Positions 36,026 to 45,646 of a stretch of DNA of 46,260 bases are shown piece by piece. Below the pieces are notes generated by a model that ran no database searches, was not told the DNA's origin, and saw nothing but the letters and a program-made list of their open reading frames with translations. The stretch comes from an uncultured Dysgonomonadaceae bacterium. Its GTDB lineage: Bacteria > Bacteroidota > Bacteroidia > Bacteroidales > Dysgonomonadaceae. Numbering within the stretch: the stretch's first letter is position 1; each line of letters starts with the position of its first letter. The stretch is taken from assembly GCA_964542545.1 (NCBI GenBank), contig CAZIUT010000001.1, positions 1-46,260 of the forward strand. Direction: 5' to 3'. Both the position numbers and the translations under genes were made by a program.

Positions 36026-36871
36026 ATGAAAAAGGTAGCTATTCAAGGAGGTCTAGGAGCTTATCACGATATAGCAGCTCGAAATTATTTTTCTGACTAT
36101 GAGGTAAGCATCTTGCCTTGTATTACTTTCCGTGATATTTTTGCTGAAGCAGAAAAAGATCCTTCATTAATTGGTGTCATGGCTATTGAGAATACTATTG
36201 CAGGAGGATTGTTGCCGAATCATGATTTGTTGAAATTAAACAACTTGTGGATTGCAGGTGAATGTAAACTTCGCATATCGCATTGTTTAGCAGCTCTTCC
36301 TTCCCAGTCCCTCTCAGACATTAGAGAGGTTACTTCACATCCAATGGCACTTATGCAGTGTGATAGTTTTTTGGATACTATGGTCAACATTAAGATAGTT
36401 GAGCACGAAGACACAGCGCTTGCGGCTAAAGAAATATCCGAAAATAATTTACTGGGAGTTGCAGCTATATGTAGTGATTATGCGGCCAAGCTTTATGGAT
36501 TAAATGTGTTGACCACAGAAATTGAAACTAACAAACATAACTATACTCGTTTTCTAGTTTTGGCGCAAAAGGAAATGCTTGCCGATTTGCAGAAAGAATG
36601 TAAGATAAATAAAGCATCGCTCGTTTTTGTGCTTCCTCATAATCAGGGTAGTCTGTCGCGGGTGCTTTCTGTGTTATCATTTTACGATATTAATCTCACT
36701 CGCATACAGTCACTTCCTATTATTGGGCGAGAGTGGGAATATCAATTTTATATAGATCTCGTATTTTCTGACTATAACAGATACAAACAGTCAATTGAAG
36801 CAATAATGCCGTTGGTTGCAGATTTGAAAGTGCTTGGTGAATATAGCAAGGGTAAGAACATAGATATTTAA
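36026..36871 (+). CDS. pheA: Prephenate dehydratase
   Basis: 281 aa. PDT domain (IENTIAGGL, NYTRFLVL) plus a C-terminal ACT-like domain (GSLSRVLSVLSFYDINLTRIQS). Confidence 0.88.
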   Translation: MKKVAIQGGLGAYHDIAARNYFSDYEVSILPCITFRDIFAEAEKDPSLIGVMAIENTIAGGLLPNHDLLKLNNLWIAGECKLRISHCLAALPSQSLSDIREVTSHPMALMQCDSFLDTMVNIKIVEHEDTALAAKEISENNLLGVAAICSDYAAKLYGLNVLTTEIETNKHNYTRFLVLAQKEMLADLQKECKINKASLVFVLPHNQGSLSRVLSVLSFYDINLTRIQSLPIIGREWEYQFYIDLVFSDYNRYKQSIEAIMPLVADLKVLGEYSKGKNIDI

Positions 36872-36883
36872 TTTTTTAAAAAA

Positions 36884-38062
36884 ATGATACATAATAAGTC
36901 AATAGAACCAGCAGACCATGTTAAAAATATTTCTGAATATTACTTTTCTGTTAAGCTGAAAGAAGTTGCAAGAATGAATGCAGCGGGAGAAGATGTAATT
37001 AACTTAGGAGTAGGGAGTCCTGATTTACCCCCTTCACAGGATGTAATAGATGAACTATGTGAAGCTGCTTCATGTATTGATAATCATGGATATCAACCAT
37101 ACACAGGAATTCCTGAATTGAGAAAGGCTTATGCAAGTTGGTACGGTAGGTCGTACAATGTTGAGCTTTCCATTTCAGAAGTGCTTCCTCTCATTGGCTC
37201 CAAAGAAGGAATTATGCATATTTCTCTTGCATTTCTTAATGCAGGCGATGGTGTTTTAGTTCCCAATCCTGGTTATCCAACCTATACATCAGTTTCTAAA
37301 TTGGTGGGTGCTAATGTAATCTCTTATGATTTAGTTGAATCGAATAACTGGATGCCTAATTTTGAAGCATTAGAGAAAATGGATCTTTCCGGTGTAAAGC
37401 TTATGTGGGTAAATTATCCAAATATGCCTACTGGTGCTAATGCAAGTATTGAACTATTTAAAGAATTAGTAGCTTTTGGTAAAAGACATTCTATTATAAT
37501 CTGTCACGACAATCCGTATAGTTTTATTCTTAACGATAAACCTTTAAGTATATTACAAGTGGAGGGAGCAAGAGATATTTGTATTGAATTGAACTCTATG
37601 AGTAAATCTCACAATATGGCCGGTTGGCGAATGGGTATGCTTGCTTCTAATGAACAGTTTGTTGAGTGGGTGTTGAAGGTGAAAAGCAATGTAGATAGCG
37701 GTCAGTTTAGACCAATGCAAATGGCAGCCATTAAGGCTCTAGAAACTCCTAAACAATGGCACGACAATATGAGCCTGCTGTATGATCAGCGGAGACTTTG
37801 GGCATTCAAAATAATGAATATTTTGGGTTGTAAATATAAAACAAATCAAGTTGGTCTATTTGTATGGGCTAAGATTCCAGATTATGAAACAAGTAGTGAG
37901 GATTTGATAAATGGCATATTAAAAAATGCACGTGTTTTTATCACCCCAGGTTTTATCTTTGGGAGTAACGGAAGGAGATATATTCGTATATCATTAGGCA
38001 GTTCAGCTATCAAAATTAAAGCGGCTTATGAAAGAGTTGCCGATTATTTAGTAAGTAGATAA
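36884..38062 (+). CDS. Class I/II PLP-dependent aminotransferase (probable aromatic/prephenate aminotransferase, from context)
   Basis: 392 aa. NPGYPTY and NSMSKSHNMAGWRMG (PLP-Lys motif). It is 12 nt downstream of pheA. Confidence 0.82.
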   Translation: MIHNKSIEPADHVKNISEYYFSVKLKEVARMNAAGEDVINLGVGSPDLPPSQDVIDELCEAASCIDNHGYQPYTGIPELRKAYASWYGRSYNVELSISEVLPLIGSKEGIMHISLAFLNAGDGVLVPNPGYPTYTSVSKLVGANVISYDLVESNNWMPNFEALEKMDLSGVKLMWVNYPNMPTGANASIELFKELVAFGKRHSIIICHDNPYSFILNDKPLSILQVEGARDICIELNSMSKSHNMAGWRMGMLASNEQFVEWVLKVKSNVDSGQFRPMQMAAIKALETPKQWHDNMSLLYDQRRLWAFKIMNILGCKYKTNQVGLFVWAKIPDYETSSEDLINGILKNARVFITPGFIFGSNGRRYIRISLGSSAIKIKAAYERVADYLVSR

Positions 38063-38077
38063 CCAATAATAAAAAAT

Positions 38078-39163
38078 ATGAAAATAAAATCAATTTTACT
38101 ACCAGGTGTAGATGAAAAACGTCCACTTATTATAGCCGGACCGTGTAGCGCAGAAACAGAAGAGCAAGTAATGCAGGCAGCCAGAGAGCTTGCGTCAAAC
38201 GGAGTTATGATGTTTAGAGCAGGTATTTGGAAGCCACGTACTAAGCCTGGAGGTTTTGAGGGAGTTGGATTACCTGGGCTAAAGTGGCTGCAACGTGTGA
38301 AAGAAGAAACAGGAATGTATGTAGCTACTGAAGTGGCTACAGAAAAGCATGCATATGAGGCACTTAAACATGGTGTTGATATGCTTTGGATTGGTGCTCG
38401 CACCACAGCCAACCCATTTGCTGTGCAGGAAATTGCCAATACATTACAGGGTGTGGATATCCCCGTATTTATCAAAAACCCTGTAAATGCTGATTTGGAG
38501 CTTTGGATAGGTGCTTTTGAGCGTCTTAACAATGCTGGTATAACCCGCTTAGGGGCTATTCATCGTGGTTTTAGTACAGCTGACAAGAATATTTACCGCA
38601 ATCTTCCGCAATGGCATATTCCAATAGAGTTAAAAAGACGTTTTCCCAATCTACCCATTCTTTGCGATCCTAGTCACATTGGAGGTGCTCGTGAGTTGAT
38701 AAAAACAATTTCGCAACAGGCAATGGATTTAAATTTTAAGGGTTTAATCATTGAGTCTCATTGCAATCCTGAAGATGCATGGAGCGATAGCAATCAGCAA
38801 ATTACTCCACAAGAGTTAAAGAGGGTTTTGCAGTCACTTGTCATTAGAGAGACTACGCAATCAACAGAAGATTTGTCGGACTTGCGTGATCAAATTGATG
38901 AAATAGATAACAGTCTGTTGGAGTTGTTAAGCAAACGTATGCGCGTATCACGCGAAATTGGCACATATAAGATAGAGCATAAGATGCCAATCTTACAAAC
39001 TGGCCGTTATGATGAGATTTTGACTAACAGGGTAACCCAAGCTGAGAATATGGATATGTCAGGCAGTTTTGCAAAGAAGTTTCTTGAAGCTATTCATGAG
39101 GAGTCTGTACGTCAACAAATGGAGGTAATGCATTCAGAAAACCAAAATGATATTCTAGACTAA
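38078..39163 (+). CDS. Bifunctional 3-deoxy-7-phosphoheptulonate (DAHP) synthase, type I-beta / chorismate mutase type II
   Basis: 361 aa. N-terminal AGPCSAE...RAGIWKPRT...CDPSH DAHP/KDO8P-synthase motifs. C-terminal LRDQIDEIDNSLLELLSKRMRVSREIGTYK is a chorismate mutase helix. Confidence 0.85.
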   Translation: MKIKSILLPGVDEKRPLIIAGPCSAETEEQVMQAARELASNGVMMFRAGIWKPRTKPGGFEGVGLPGLKWLQRVKEETGMYVATEVATEKHAYEALKHGVDMLWIGARTTANPFAVQEIANTLQGVDIPVFIKNPVNADLELWIGAFERLNNAGITRLGAIHRGFSTADKNIYRNLPQWHIPIELKRRFPNLPILCDPSHIGGARELIKTISQQAMDLNFKGLIIESHCNPEDAWSDSNQQITPQELKRVLQSLVIRETTQSTEDLSDLRDQIDEIDNSLLELLSKRMRVSREIGTYKIEHKMPILQTGRYDEILTNRVTQAENMDMSGSFAKKFLEAIHEESVRQQMEVMHSENQNDILD

Positions 39164-39239
39164 CATTTGAAAAGCAGTAAAGGCTATTTGCCTGAAAAAA
39201 AGAGAGCAAACTGCTAAGTAAATCATAATAACATTAATA

Positions 39240-40013
39240 ATGAAAATACTAATAATAGGGGCTGGTAAGATGGGGTCATTTTTTGCTGATCTGTTGAGCT
39301 TCGATCACGAGGTTGCTTTGCTAGATACCAATCCAAGGAAGTTGAGATTTATCTACAATACTCAACGAATGACTTTGGCCGAAGAAGTAGAGGTTTTTGA
39401 CCCAGAAATGGTTATAAATGCTGCGACTCTAAATTATACCATCGAGGCTTTTGAATCTGTTTTGCCTTATATATCTCAAACATGCATCTTGTCGGATATT
39501 GCATCGGTAAAAACCGATTTGAAAATGTTTTACACCAATGCGAAACGCCCTTTTGTTAGCACTCATCCTATGTTTGGACCTACCTTTGCTAGTCTCAATG
39601 ATTTAAGCACACAAAGTGCCATTATTATTTCAGACTCTGATCATATGGGGAAGGTTTTTTTTAGAGATTTATATAGTCGCATCAAGCTCAATGTATTTGA
39701 ATACTCATTTGAAGAGCATGATGAGACAATTGCTTATTCTCTATCTATCCCTTTTGCATCTACACTGGTGTTTGCTTCAGTTATGAAGCATCAAGATGCT
39801 CCAGGTACAACTTTCAAACGACACATGAGTATTGCCAAAGGCTTGCTATCAGAAGATGACTATTTGCTTTCCGAGGTTCTATTCAACCCCTACACATATA
39901 GTCAGGTGGAGTGTATTCGGGAGAAATTGAAAGAGTTGCTCCATATTATAAAAGAAAAAGATAGCGAAAGCATGAAGCTGTTTCTTACAGATGTTAGAAA
40001 GAACATTGAGTAA
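39240..40013 (+). CDS. tyrA: Prephenate dehydrogenase
   Basis: 257 aa. MKILIIGAGKMGSFFADLL Rossmann motif and STHPMFGP motif. Confidence 0.8.
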   Translation: MKILIIGAGKMGSFFADLLSFDHEVALLDTNPRKLRFIYNTQRMTLAEEVEVFDPEMVINAATLNYTIEAFESVLPYISQTCILSDIASVKTDLKMFYTNAKRPFVSTHPMFGPTFASLNDLSTQSAIIISDSDHMGKVFFRDLYSRIKLNVFEYSFEEHDETIAYSLSIPFASTLVFASVMKHQDAPGTTFKRHMSIAKGLLSEDDYLLSEVLFNPYTYSQVECIREKLKELLHIIKEKDSESMKLFLTDVRKNIE

Positions 40014-40025
40014 ACCTTGCTTTAG

Positions 40026-40709
40026 CTATACTATACACCCTCTCAATATTTCTCTTTTGCCTGGAGGTCCAGGTAGTCTTTCCATAGTGAAGCCTGCTGA
40101 TTGGAGCATTCTCCTTACCTCACCTTTAGCGCAATAGGTAGTGATAATGGCGTTTTTATTGCAAAGCGAAAATAGTTTGTCAAATATCTGCTGGGTCCAC
40201 ATTTCCGGTTGTTTCTCAGGTGCAAATGCATCAAAATAGATTACATCAAAACGTGAGTCGGTCTTTAGATTATCAGGGTTGCTAAAATCTGTTTTTATCT
40301 TATGCAAAGTAAACATAGAAGTTACATCAACAGCCTCACCCCATGCAGCTTGATGCAAAGCCAGAAACTGTGTAGCATTGTCATCTTTGGTTAGTTGTTG
40401 AACATAGTTTAATTGTTTTGTCCTCTTTATGCATAGAGGATATAGTTCCAGCGAGGTGTAATGTATTTGCTTCTCATTATTTTCAGATTCTAACAGTGTT
40501 AGAAAAGCGTTGAGCCCAGTGCCAAATCCTATTTCTAAAACATTTATTTTTTGCAGTTCGCAAGCATTAAGTCCTGCGTTGATATAGACATGACGCGACT
40601 CTTGAATAGCTCCGTGAGTAGAATGATAGTGTTCTTCTAGGTGAGGTACATAAAAAGAGTGCGAACCATCTTCTGTTGTAATCAGCTGTGTGTGTAATTG
40701 TGCATTCAT
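40026..40709 (-). CDS. mnmD: tRNA (5-methylaminomethyl-2-thiouridine)(34) methyltransferase, stand-alone MnmC methyltransferase domain (MnmD-like)
   Basis: TEDGSHSFYVPHLEEHYHSTHGAIQESRHVYI...ILEIGFGTGLN...YFDAFAP motifs. Start set at ATG 40707-40709 rather than the longest ORF. Confidence 0.8.
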   Translation of the reverse strand: MNAQLHTQLITTEDGSHSFYVPHLEEHYHSTHGAIQESRHVYINAGLNACELQKINVLEIGFGTGLNAFLTLLESENNEKQIHYTSLELYPLCIKRTKQLNYVQQLTKDDNATQFLALHQAAWGEAVDVTSMFTLHKIKTDFSNPDNLKTDSRFDVIYFDAFAPEKQPEMWTQQIFDKLFSLCNKNAIITTYCAKGEVRRMLQSAGFTMERLPGPPGKREILRGCIV

Positions 40710-40738
40710 AAATGAGTGTTTTTTGAAGAAATAAAAAA

Positions 40739-40746
40739 CAAATGTA
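40739..40746 (-). promoter_or_regulatory. Bacteroidota -7 box for mnmD
   Basis: The plus strand reads caaatgta, which is TACATTTG on the minus strand, 30 nt upstream of the start at 40709. Confidence 0.4.
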
Positions 40747-40787
40747 CAAATTTCTACTATATACATTGCCGAAAGTATAATCTTTGC

Positions 40788-40795
40788 TAAATTTG
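40788..40795 (+). promoter_or_regulatory. Bacteroidota -7 box for the metal ABC transporter genes
   Basis: TAAATTTG, 40 nt upstream of the ATG at 40835. Confidence 0.5.
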
Positions 40796-40834
40796 CAACT
40801 TGCTACAAACACAAATAAACAAACTAGGTTTTCA

Positions 40835-41713
40835 ATGAAACATTATATATTTCTTCTCACTCTGTTGTCTTTTATTGGTTGTAATTTGGCAGACAACAAT
40901 AAATCAACAGTATCTGTTACAATTGAGCCACAACGTTATTTTGCGGAAAAGATTGTTGGCGACAACTATAACGTAAATACTATTGTACCTCCAGGAACAA
41001 GTCCTGAAACTTACGACCCAACTCCATCGCAAATGGTGGCGCTAGGAAAAAGTGATCTGTATTTTAAGGTGGGATACTTAGGTTTTGAAAACGCATGGGG
41101 AGAGACTCTTGCAGAGAATAATACAGGAGTTGTAGTTGTGAATACATCAAACGAAATTCCTCTTATAGAGGGAGAAAATCTTGAGAATGTAATAGGTGGA
41201 CACCAACATCATGATGGACACAACCATCAAGGTGTAGACCCTCATGTATGGAGCTCGCCCAAAAGTGCCCTCATTATGGCTGAAAACATGCTTAACGCAG
41301 TGGTGATGGCTGATGTTGAGAATCAAAAGCTATATCGGAAAAATTTCAAGACGTTGCAATCAGAAATAGTAGAAACTGACAAAATAATCACTTCATTGTT
41401 GGAGAATGCTCCAGTGAAGTCTTTTATTATTTATCATCCTGCATTGGCTTATTTTGCACGCGACTACAATTTGACTCAATATAGCATTGAATTTGAAGGA
41501 AAAAGTCCATCGCCCCAACAGCTGAAGCAGATGATTGACTTTGCACGCGAGCAAGGAGTTAAAAATATATTTGTGCAAAAAGGTTTTGATACAAAAAATG
41601 CTGAGTCGCTTGCCAAAGAGATAGGAGCTTCCATTCACTCTATCGACCCTCTATCGTATAATTGGAGCGAAGAATTGATAAATATTGCAGAAATACTATC
41701 TAAAAATGAATGA
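40835..41713 (+). CDS. znuA: Metal ABC transporter substrate-binding lipoprotein (TroA/ZnuA cluster A-I) with His-rich loop
   Basis: Lipoprotein signal MKHYIFLLTLLSFIGC. His-rich insert GGHQHHDGHNHQGVDPHVW, typical of zinc-specific ZnuA. Start set at ATG 40835. Confidence 0.8.
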   Translation: MKHYIFLLTLLSFIGCNLADNNKSTVSVTIEPQRYFAEKIVGDNYNVNTIVPPGTSPETYDPTPSQMVALGKSDLYFKVGYLGFENAWGETLAENNTGVVVVNTSNEIPLIEGENLENVIGGHQHHDGHNHQGVDPHVWSSPKSALIMAENMLNAVVMADVENQKLYRKNFKTLQSEIVETDKIITSLLENAPVKSFIIYHPALAYFARDYNLTQYSIEFEGKSPSPQQLKQMIDFAREQGVKNIFVQKGFDTKNAESLAKEIGASIHSIDPLSYNWSEELINIAEILSKNE

Positions 41714-42473
41714 AATTCTAAACATAGATAATGTATCTGCAGGCTATGATACCAACCCACGCATAATTAAAAATATATCGTTTTCGGTGTATCATAAAGA
41801 TTTCCTTGGTATTATTGGGCCTAATGGAGGAGGAAAGACTACATTGTTGCGCACTATAATGGGATTGATTAAACCCACAGAGGGTAAAGTATCATTCTAT
41901 GATGAGGGGGGCAAAAGTGTGTCGAAAATAAATATTGGCTATCTACCTCAGCTTAATAAAATAGACAGAAAGTTTCCTATCACGGTGCACGATGTTATTT
42001 TGTCGGGATTATCAAAGGACAGCAAGTTTTTCTCATTTACATTTTCTGCTAAGTTTAAGCAGAGAGTACAACAAGTAGCAGAGCAGATGGGGGTGAGCAA
42101 CTTGCTGAATAGGCCAATTGGTGAATTATCAGGAGGCCAATTGCAGCGGGTGCTCTTAGGGCGTTCTATTATAGATAATCCTGTGTTGTTGATATTAGAC
42201 GAGCCCATATCTTACGTAGACAAACTTTTCGAAACTAACTTCTATAAAATTTTGGATGAAATAAATAGTAGAATGGGTATTGTCTTGGTTTCTCACGATA
42301 TTGGAACTATTCTCTCAACAGTGCGGAATGTGTTATGTGTAAACGAAACTGCGCATTACCATTGTGGCACTGATATTTCACAAGGTTGGTTAGATAAAGC
42401 TTACGATTCGTGCCCGTTTGAAATTGTGGGTCATGGCGATGTTCCACATAGGGTCTTGAGGAAGCATCACTAA
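41706..42473 (+). CDS. znuC: Metal ABC transporter ATP-binding protein
   Basis: Walker A GPNGGGKTT, signature LSGGQLQR, Walker B LILDEP. The start ATG at 41706 overlaps the znuA stop by 8 nt (ATGAATGA), which suggests translational coupling. Confidence 0.85.
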   Translation: MNEILNIDNVSAGYDTNPRIIKNISFSVYHKDFLGIIGPNGGGKTTLLRTIMGLIKPTEGKVSFYDEGGKSVSKINIGYLPQLNKIDRKFPITVHDVILSGLSKDSKFFSFTFSAKFKQRVQQVAEQMGVSNLLNRPIGELSGGQLQRVLLGRSIIDNPVLLILDEPISYVDKLFETNFYKILDEINSRMGIVLVSHDIGTILSTVRNVLCVNETAHYHCGTDISQGWLDKAYDSCPFEIVGHGDVPHRVLRKHH

Positions 42474-42573
42474 GAGATTTCGCTATGAAGTTTCAAATCT
42501 TTTTCGTAAATATAGATATAAACATCCATTCTGTAGGTAAACTGCTTTACTTAGTATTCATCATCTTATTTTG

Positions 42574-43068
42574 ATGTGCGATTTTATGTTAGAACCTTTA
42601 TTAATTACTTTAGCTGTTATCTTACTCATTTCAGGTGTTGCCGGCTCGGTATTGCCTGTGTTGCCTGGTCCTCCACTTTCGTGGTTGGGTTTGTTGGTGC
42701 TAAAGTTTATCCCCACCGTAAGTTATCATCTTTCTTGGTTGGTGATTATAGTTGTAGGATTAGTTACACTTGTTGTATTCATCCTCGACAATTTCTTGCC
42801 GATATGGAGTACTCAAAAGATTGGTGGCAGCAAAGTAGTTGTATGGGGTGCAGGTTTAGGGTTTGTTGCTGGGTTTTGGTTTGGTCCATTAGGTATCATT
42901 TTAGGCCCATTTGTAGGAGCATTAGTAGCAGGGATTATATCGGGCGCGCACATTAAAGCTGCATTGAAGCATGCTTCTGGAGCATTCATTGGATTCTTTG
43001 CAGGAATTGTTCTTAAGTTTATTAATCTGGGTATTATTGTCTACTGGTTTGCAAAGGTGCTTATCTGA
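42574..43068 (+). CDS. DUF456 domain-containing small membrane protein
   Basis: About 160 aa, four hydrophobic segments, LPVLPGPPLSWLGLL motif, Gly-rich helices. The start is ambiguous (TTG 42571, ATG 42574 or ATG 42586). Confidence 0.7.
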   Translation: MCDFMLEPLLITLAVILLISGVAGSVLPVLPGPPLSWLGLLVLKFIPTVSYHLSWLVIIVVGLVTLVVFILDNFLPIWSTQKIGGSKVVVWGAGLGFVAGFWFGPLGIILGPFVGALVAGIISGAHIKAALKHASGAFIGFFAGIVLKFINLGIIVYWFAKVLI

Positions 43069-43275
43069 GATTAATGAGCATTTAGATTTAAGCTAGAGTT
43101 TTTTTTGTTGTTTTGTAATTGTTCCTTCAAGAATATATTGATATCTGCTGTGCAAACCTCTTGAATTAATAGCCTGTATCTGCGGGGGGGGTGAGGTCAC
43201 AACATCTACTCAAAGCTAAGAATGTGAATAATATGGATTAAGATAGTGGTCTTTATCATTTACAGTATATGTTAC

Positions 43276-43326
43276 AAAAAAGACGCAAGCATCTCATATA
43301 AGAAAGCTATGCGTCTTTATTTTTTT
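43276..43326. terminator. Hairpin with A and T tracts between convergent DUF456 and asd genes
   Basis: aaagacgca (43279-43287) pairs with tgcgtcttt (43310-43318), plus an inner agc/gct. T-rich sequence follows on both strands. It lies 44 nt after the asd stop. Confidence 0.7.
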
Positions 43327-43369
43327 AGGAGTAATAATAGACTAATTCTTAATCTGAAGTTTTAGCTAT

Positions 43370-44380
43370 TTACTTCTGAAATTCCTTCTCTAAAATATAC
43401 TCAGCAATTTGCACAGCATTCAAAGCAGCTCCTTTTTTTATTTGATCAGACACACTCCAGAAAGTTAGTCCATTTTCATTGCTTAAATCCTTTCTGATGC
43501 GTCCTACAAATACTTCGTCTTTGCCTTCAAGAAATAGTGGCATTGGGTATTCTTGTTTCTCAGCATTGTCCATCAGTATCACTCCAGGAGCATTGGCAAA
43601 AGCCTTCTTTGCTTCTTCTACTGATATGGGACGTTCAGTTTCAAGCCACACCGACTCTGAGTGTGCTCTTAATACAGGTACACGTATACACGTTGCGCTT
43701 ACCTTAATGTTAGAATGCATAATCTTGCGTGTTTCGTAATACATTTTCAACTCCTCTTTTGTGTATCCGTTGTCTGTAAAGGAGTCTACTTGAGGGATTA
43801 AGTTGTAAGCCAGTTGATATGCAAACTTAGACACTGTTGGCTCTTCGCCACGCTCTATTTCGGCATATTGTTCTTTCAACTCGTCCATGCCCGAAGCCCC
43901 TGCACCCGATGAGGCTTGATAGGTAGATACATGAACTTTTGTTATATGCGACAGATCTTCAATTGCTTTGAGCGATACAACCAATTGTGTAGTAGTGCAG
44001 TTTGGGTTGGCAACAATGTTGCGTGGGCGATTCAGAGCATCTTCAGCATTCAATTCAGGAACTACCAAGGGTACATCGTCGTCCATGCGGAAAGCACTTG
44101 AATTGTCAATCATTATAGCACCGTGCTTGGTTATGGTTTCAGCGTATTCTACAGATATGCTGCCTCCAGCCGAAGCGAAAACTATATCAATGTTTTTAAA
44201 ATCGTCGTTGTGTTGAAGTTCCAACACTTTTATATCTTTTCCTCTAAAGGTGTATACTTGTCCTGCGCTACGAGCTGAACCAAAAAGCTTCAACTTTTCC
44301 ACAGGAAAGTTTCTTTCGGTCAATACGCTTAAAAGTTCTTGTCCAACGGCTCCGCTGATACCTACAATTGCTATTTTCAT
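43370..44380 (-). CDS. asd: Aspartate-semialdehyde dehydrogenase
   Basis: 336 aa. [14 protein letters not shown], active-site region IVANPNCTT, and RVPVLRAHS. Confidence 0.95.
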   Translation of the reverse strand: MKIAIVGISGAVGQELLSVLTERNFPVEKLKLFGSARSAGQVYTFRGKDIKVLELQHNDDFKNIDIVFASAGGSISVEYAETITKHGAIMIDNSSAFRMDDDVPLVVPELNAEDALNRPRNIVANPNCTTTQLVVSLKAIEDLSHITKVHVSTYQASSGAGASGMDELKEQYAEIERGEEPTVSKFAYQLAYNLIPQVDSFTDNGYTKEELKMYYETRKIMHSNIKVSATCIRVPVLRAHSESVWLETERPISVEEAKKAFANAPGVILMDNAEKQEYPMPLFLEGKDEVFVGRIRKDLSNENGLTFWSVSDQIKKGAALNAVQIAEYILEKEFQK

Positions 44381-44436
44381 ATTAAAGGGGTTTATTATTT
44401 GGATTTGGTGAATACTTTTTTTGTTTATTCTAATTG

Positions 44437-44444
44437 CAAAAATA
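44437..44444 (-). promoter_or_regulatory. Bacteroidota -7 box for asd
   Basis: The plus strand reads caaaaata, which is TATTTTTG on the minus strand, 57 nt upstream of the asd start. Confidence 0.45.
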
Positions 44445-44561
44445 AGAAGTTTTGCTTAATATATGCATAATATGTTAGATTTATTGGTTGATGTGTGTCA
44501 CTTTGTAAGTATAAAGGTTTATAGATGAGCCTAAATAGTTATTTAGTTAGATGAATGAAAG

Positions 44562-45476
44562 TTATAGTTCAATTATTTTGCCCTCATAAGCCAATTCCGT
44601 ATTGGGGAATGCAGCTTTGGCCTCTTCTAATAACGGATTCAAGTCTTTGTAGCGCGAAGAGTAATGTCCAATAACTAATTTCTTAACTTCTGCCAGTTGC
44701 GCTATTTTTCCAGCTTGTCTTGCGGTGGAATGTCCTGTTTTCTTTGCTCTTTCAATCTCCGTCTCTGCAAAGGTTGCTTCGTGATATAATAGGTCTACTT
44801 CTTTTATGTGAGGAACTATTGATTCATCGTAAGCTGTGTCAGAGCAGTAAGCATAAGAGCGAGAGGGGGTGGGTGGGGTAGTTAACCGTTCGTTGGGTAT
44901 TATTTCTCCTTCGGATGTAGTAAAGTCTGCTCCACTTTTCACATTATTTATTTCGCAAATGGGGATATTATAGAAATCAATCATCTCTCGTTTAATGTGC
45001 CTCAACTTTTCTTTCTCTTTGAAAAGAAAGCCTGAAGTGGCTATTCTATGTTTTAGAGGAAATGAGTAAATACAGATTGATCGGTTTTCATAAATTAAAT
45101 TGTATCCTTTCCTTCTTATTAGTACTAAGCGTACTTTATATGAAAGTTGTTTGCAGAAGAAGTTGAGCATAGGAGTTAGAAACTGTTCTAGTTCTTGGTG
45201 CGCATAGATAGTTAAGTCTGCAGTGCGGCCCAATAAACCAAGTGTTGAAATAAGTCCAGGAAGTCCAAATAGGTGGTCGCCATGCAGATGAGATATAAAT
45301 ATACTGTGTAGTTTCCCCAGTCGTGCTCCAACCTTTCTCACTTGCAACTGTGTGCCTTCTCCACAGTCTATCATAAACAGTTTACCGTTTACTTCTACCA
45401 ATTGAGACGAAGGATTGTGTTTAGTGGTGGGCAAAGCTGAACCACAGCCAAGTATTTGGACTTTAAATGTTGTCAT
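44562..45476 (-). CDS. rnz: Ribonuclease Z
   Basis: 304 aa. ILGCGSALP and metallo-beta-lactamase motif ISHLHGDHLFGLPGL. Confidence 0.92.
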   Translation of the reverse strand: MTTFKVQILGCGSALPTTKHNPSSQLVEVNGKLFMIDCGEGTQLQVRKVGARLGKLHSIFISHLHGDHLFGLPGLISTLGLLGRTADLTIYAHQELEQFLTPMLNFFCKQLSYKVRLVLIRRKGYNLIYENRSICIYSFPLKHRIATSGFLFKEKEKLRHIKREMIDFYNIPICEINNVKSGADFTTSEGEIIPNERLTTPPTPSRSYAYCSDTAYDESIVPHIKEVDLLYHEATFAETEIERAKKTGHSTARQAGKIAQLAEVKKLVIGHYSSRYKDLNPLLEEAKAAFPNTELAYEGKIIEL

Positions 45477-45646
45477 TGTTTATTATTTTTATTTTTGGGG
45501 TGTGTCAATTAGTTTGTCTACTTGTATACTCTGTAACAGGCCACACAGAGAAAATTGTACTCTCTTTGGTTACTTTACATATAGTTGTTTGCAACTAAAA
45601 GAGATAAAAATGAACAATCTAACTTATTTAAACAAGAAGTACGGGG

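Noticed and set aside
38044-38532. 162-aa minus-strand ORF inside the DAHP synthase/chorismate mutase gene
   Set aside because: It is antisense to a motif-supported gene. The Ser/Ala/Pro-rich composition is typical of reverse-strand reading of a coding region.
42576-42956. 126-aa plus-strand ORF in an alternative frame of the DUF456 gene
   Set aside because: The DUF456 frame gives clean hydrophobic helices and the family motif. The alternative frame is Cys/Arg-rich and has no support.
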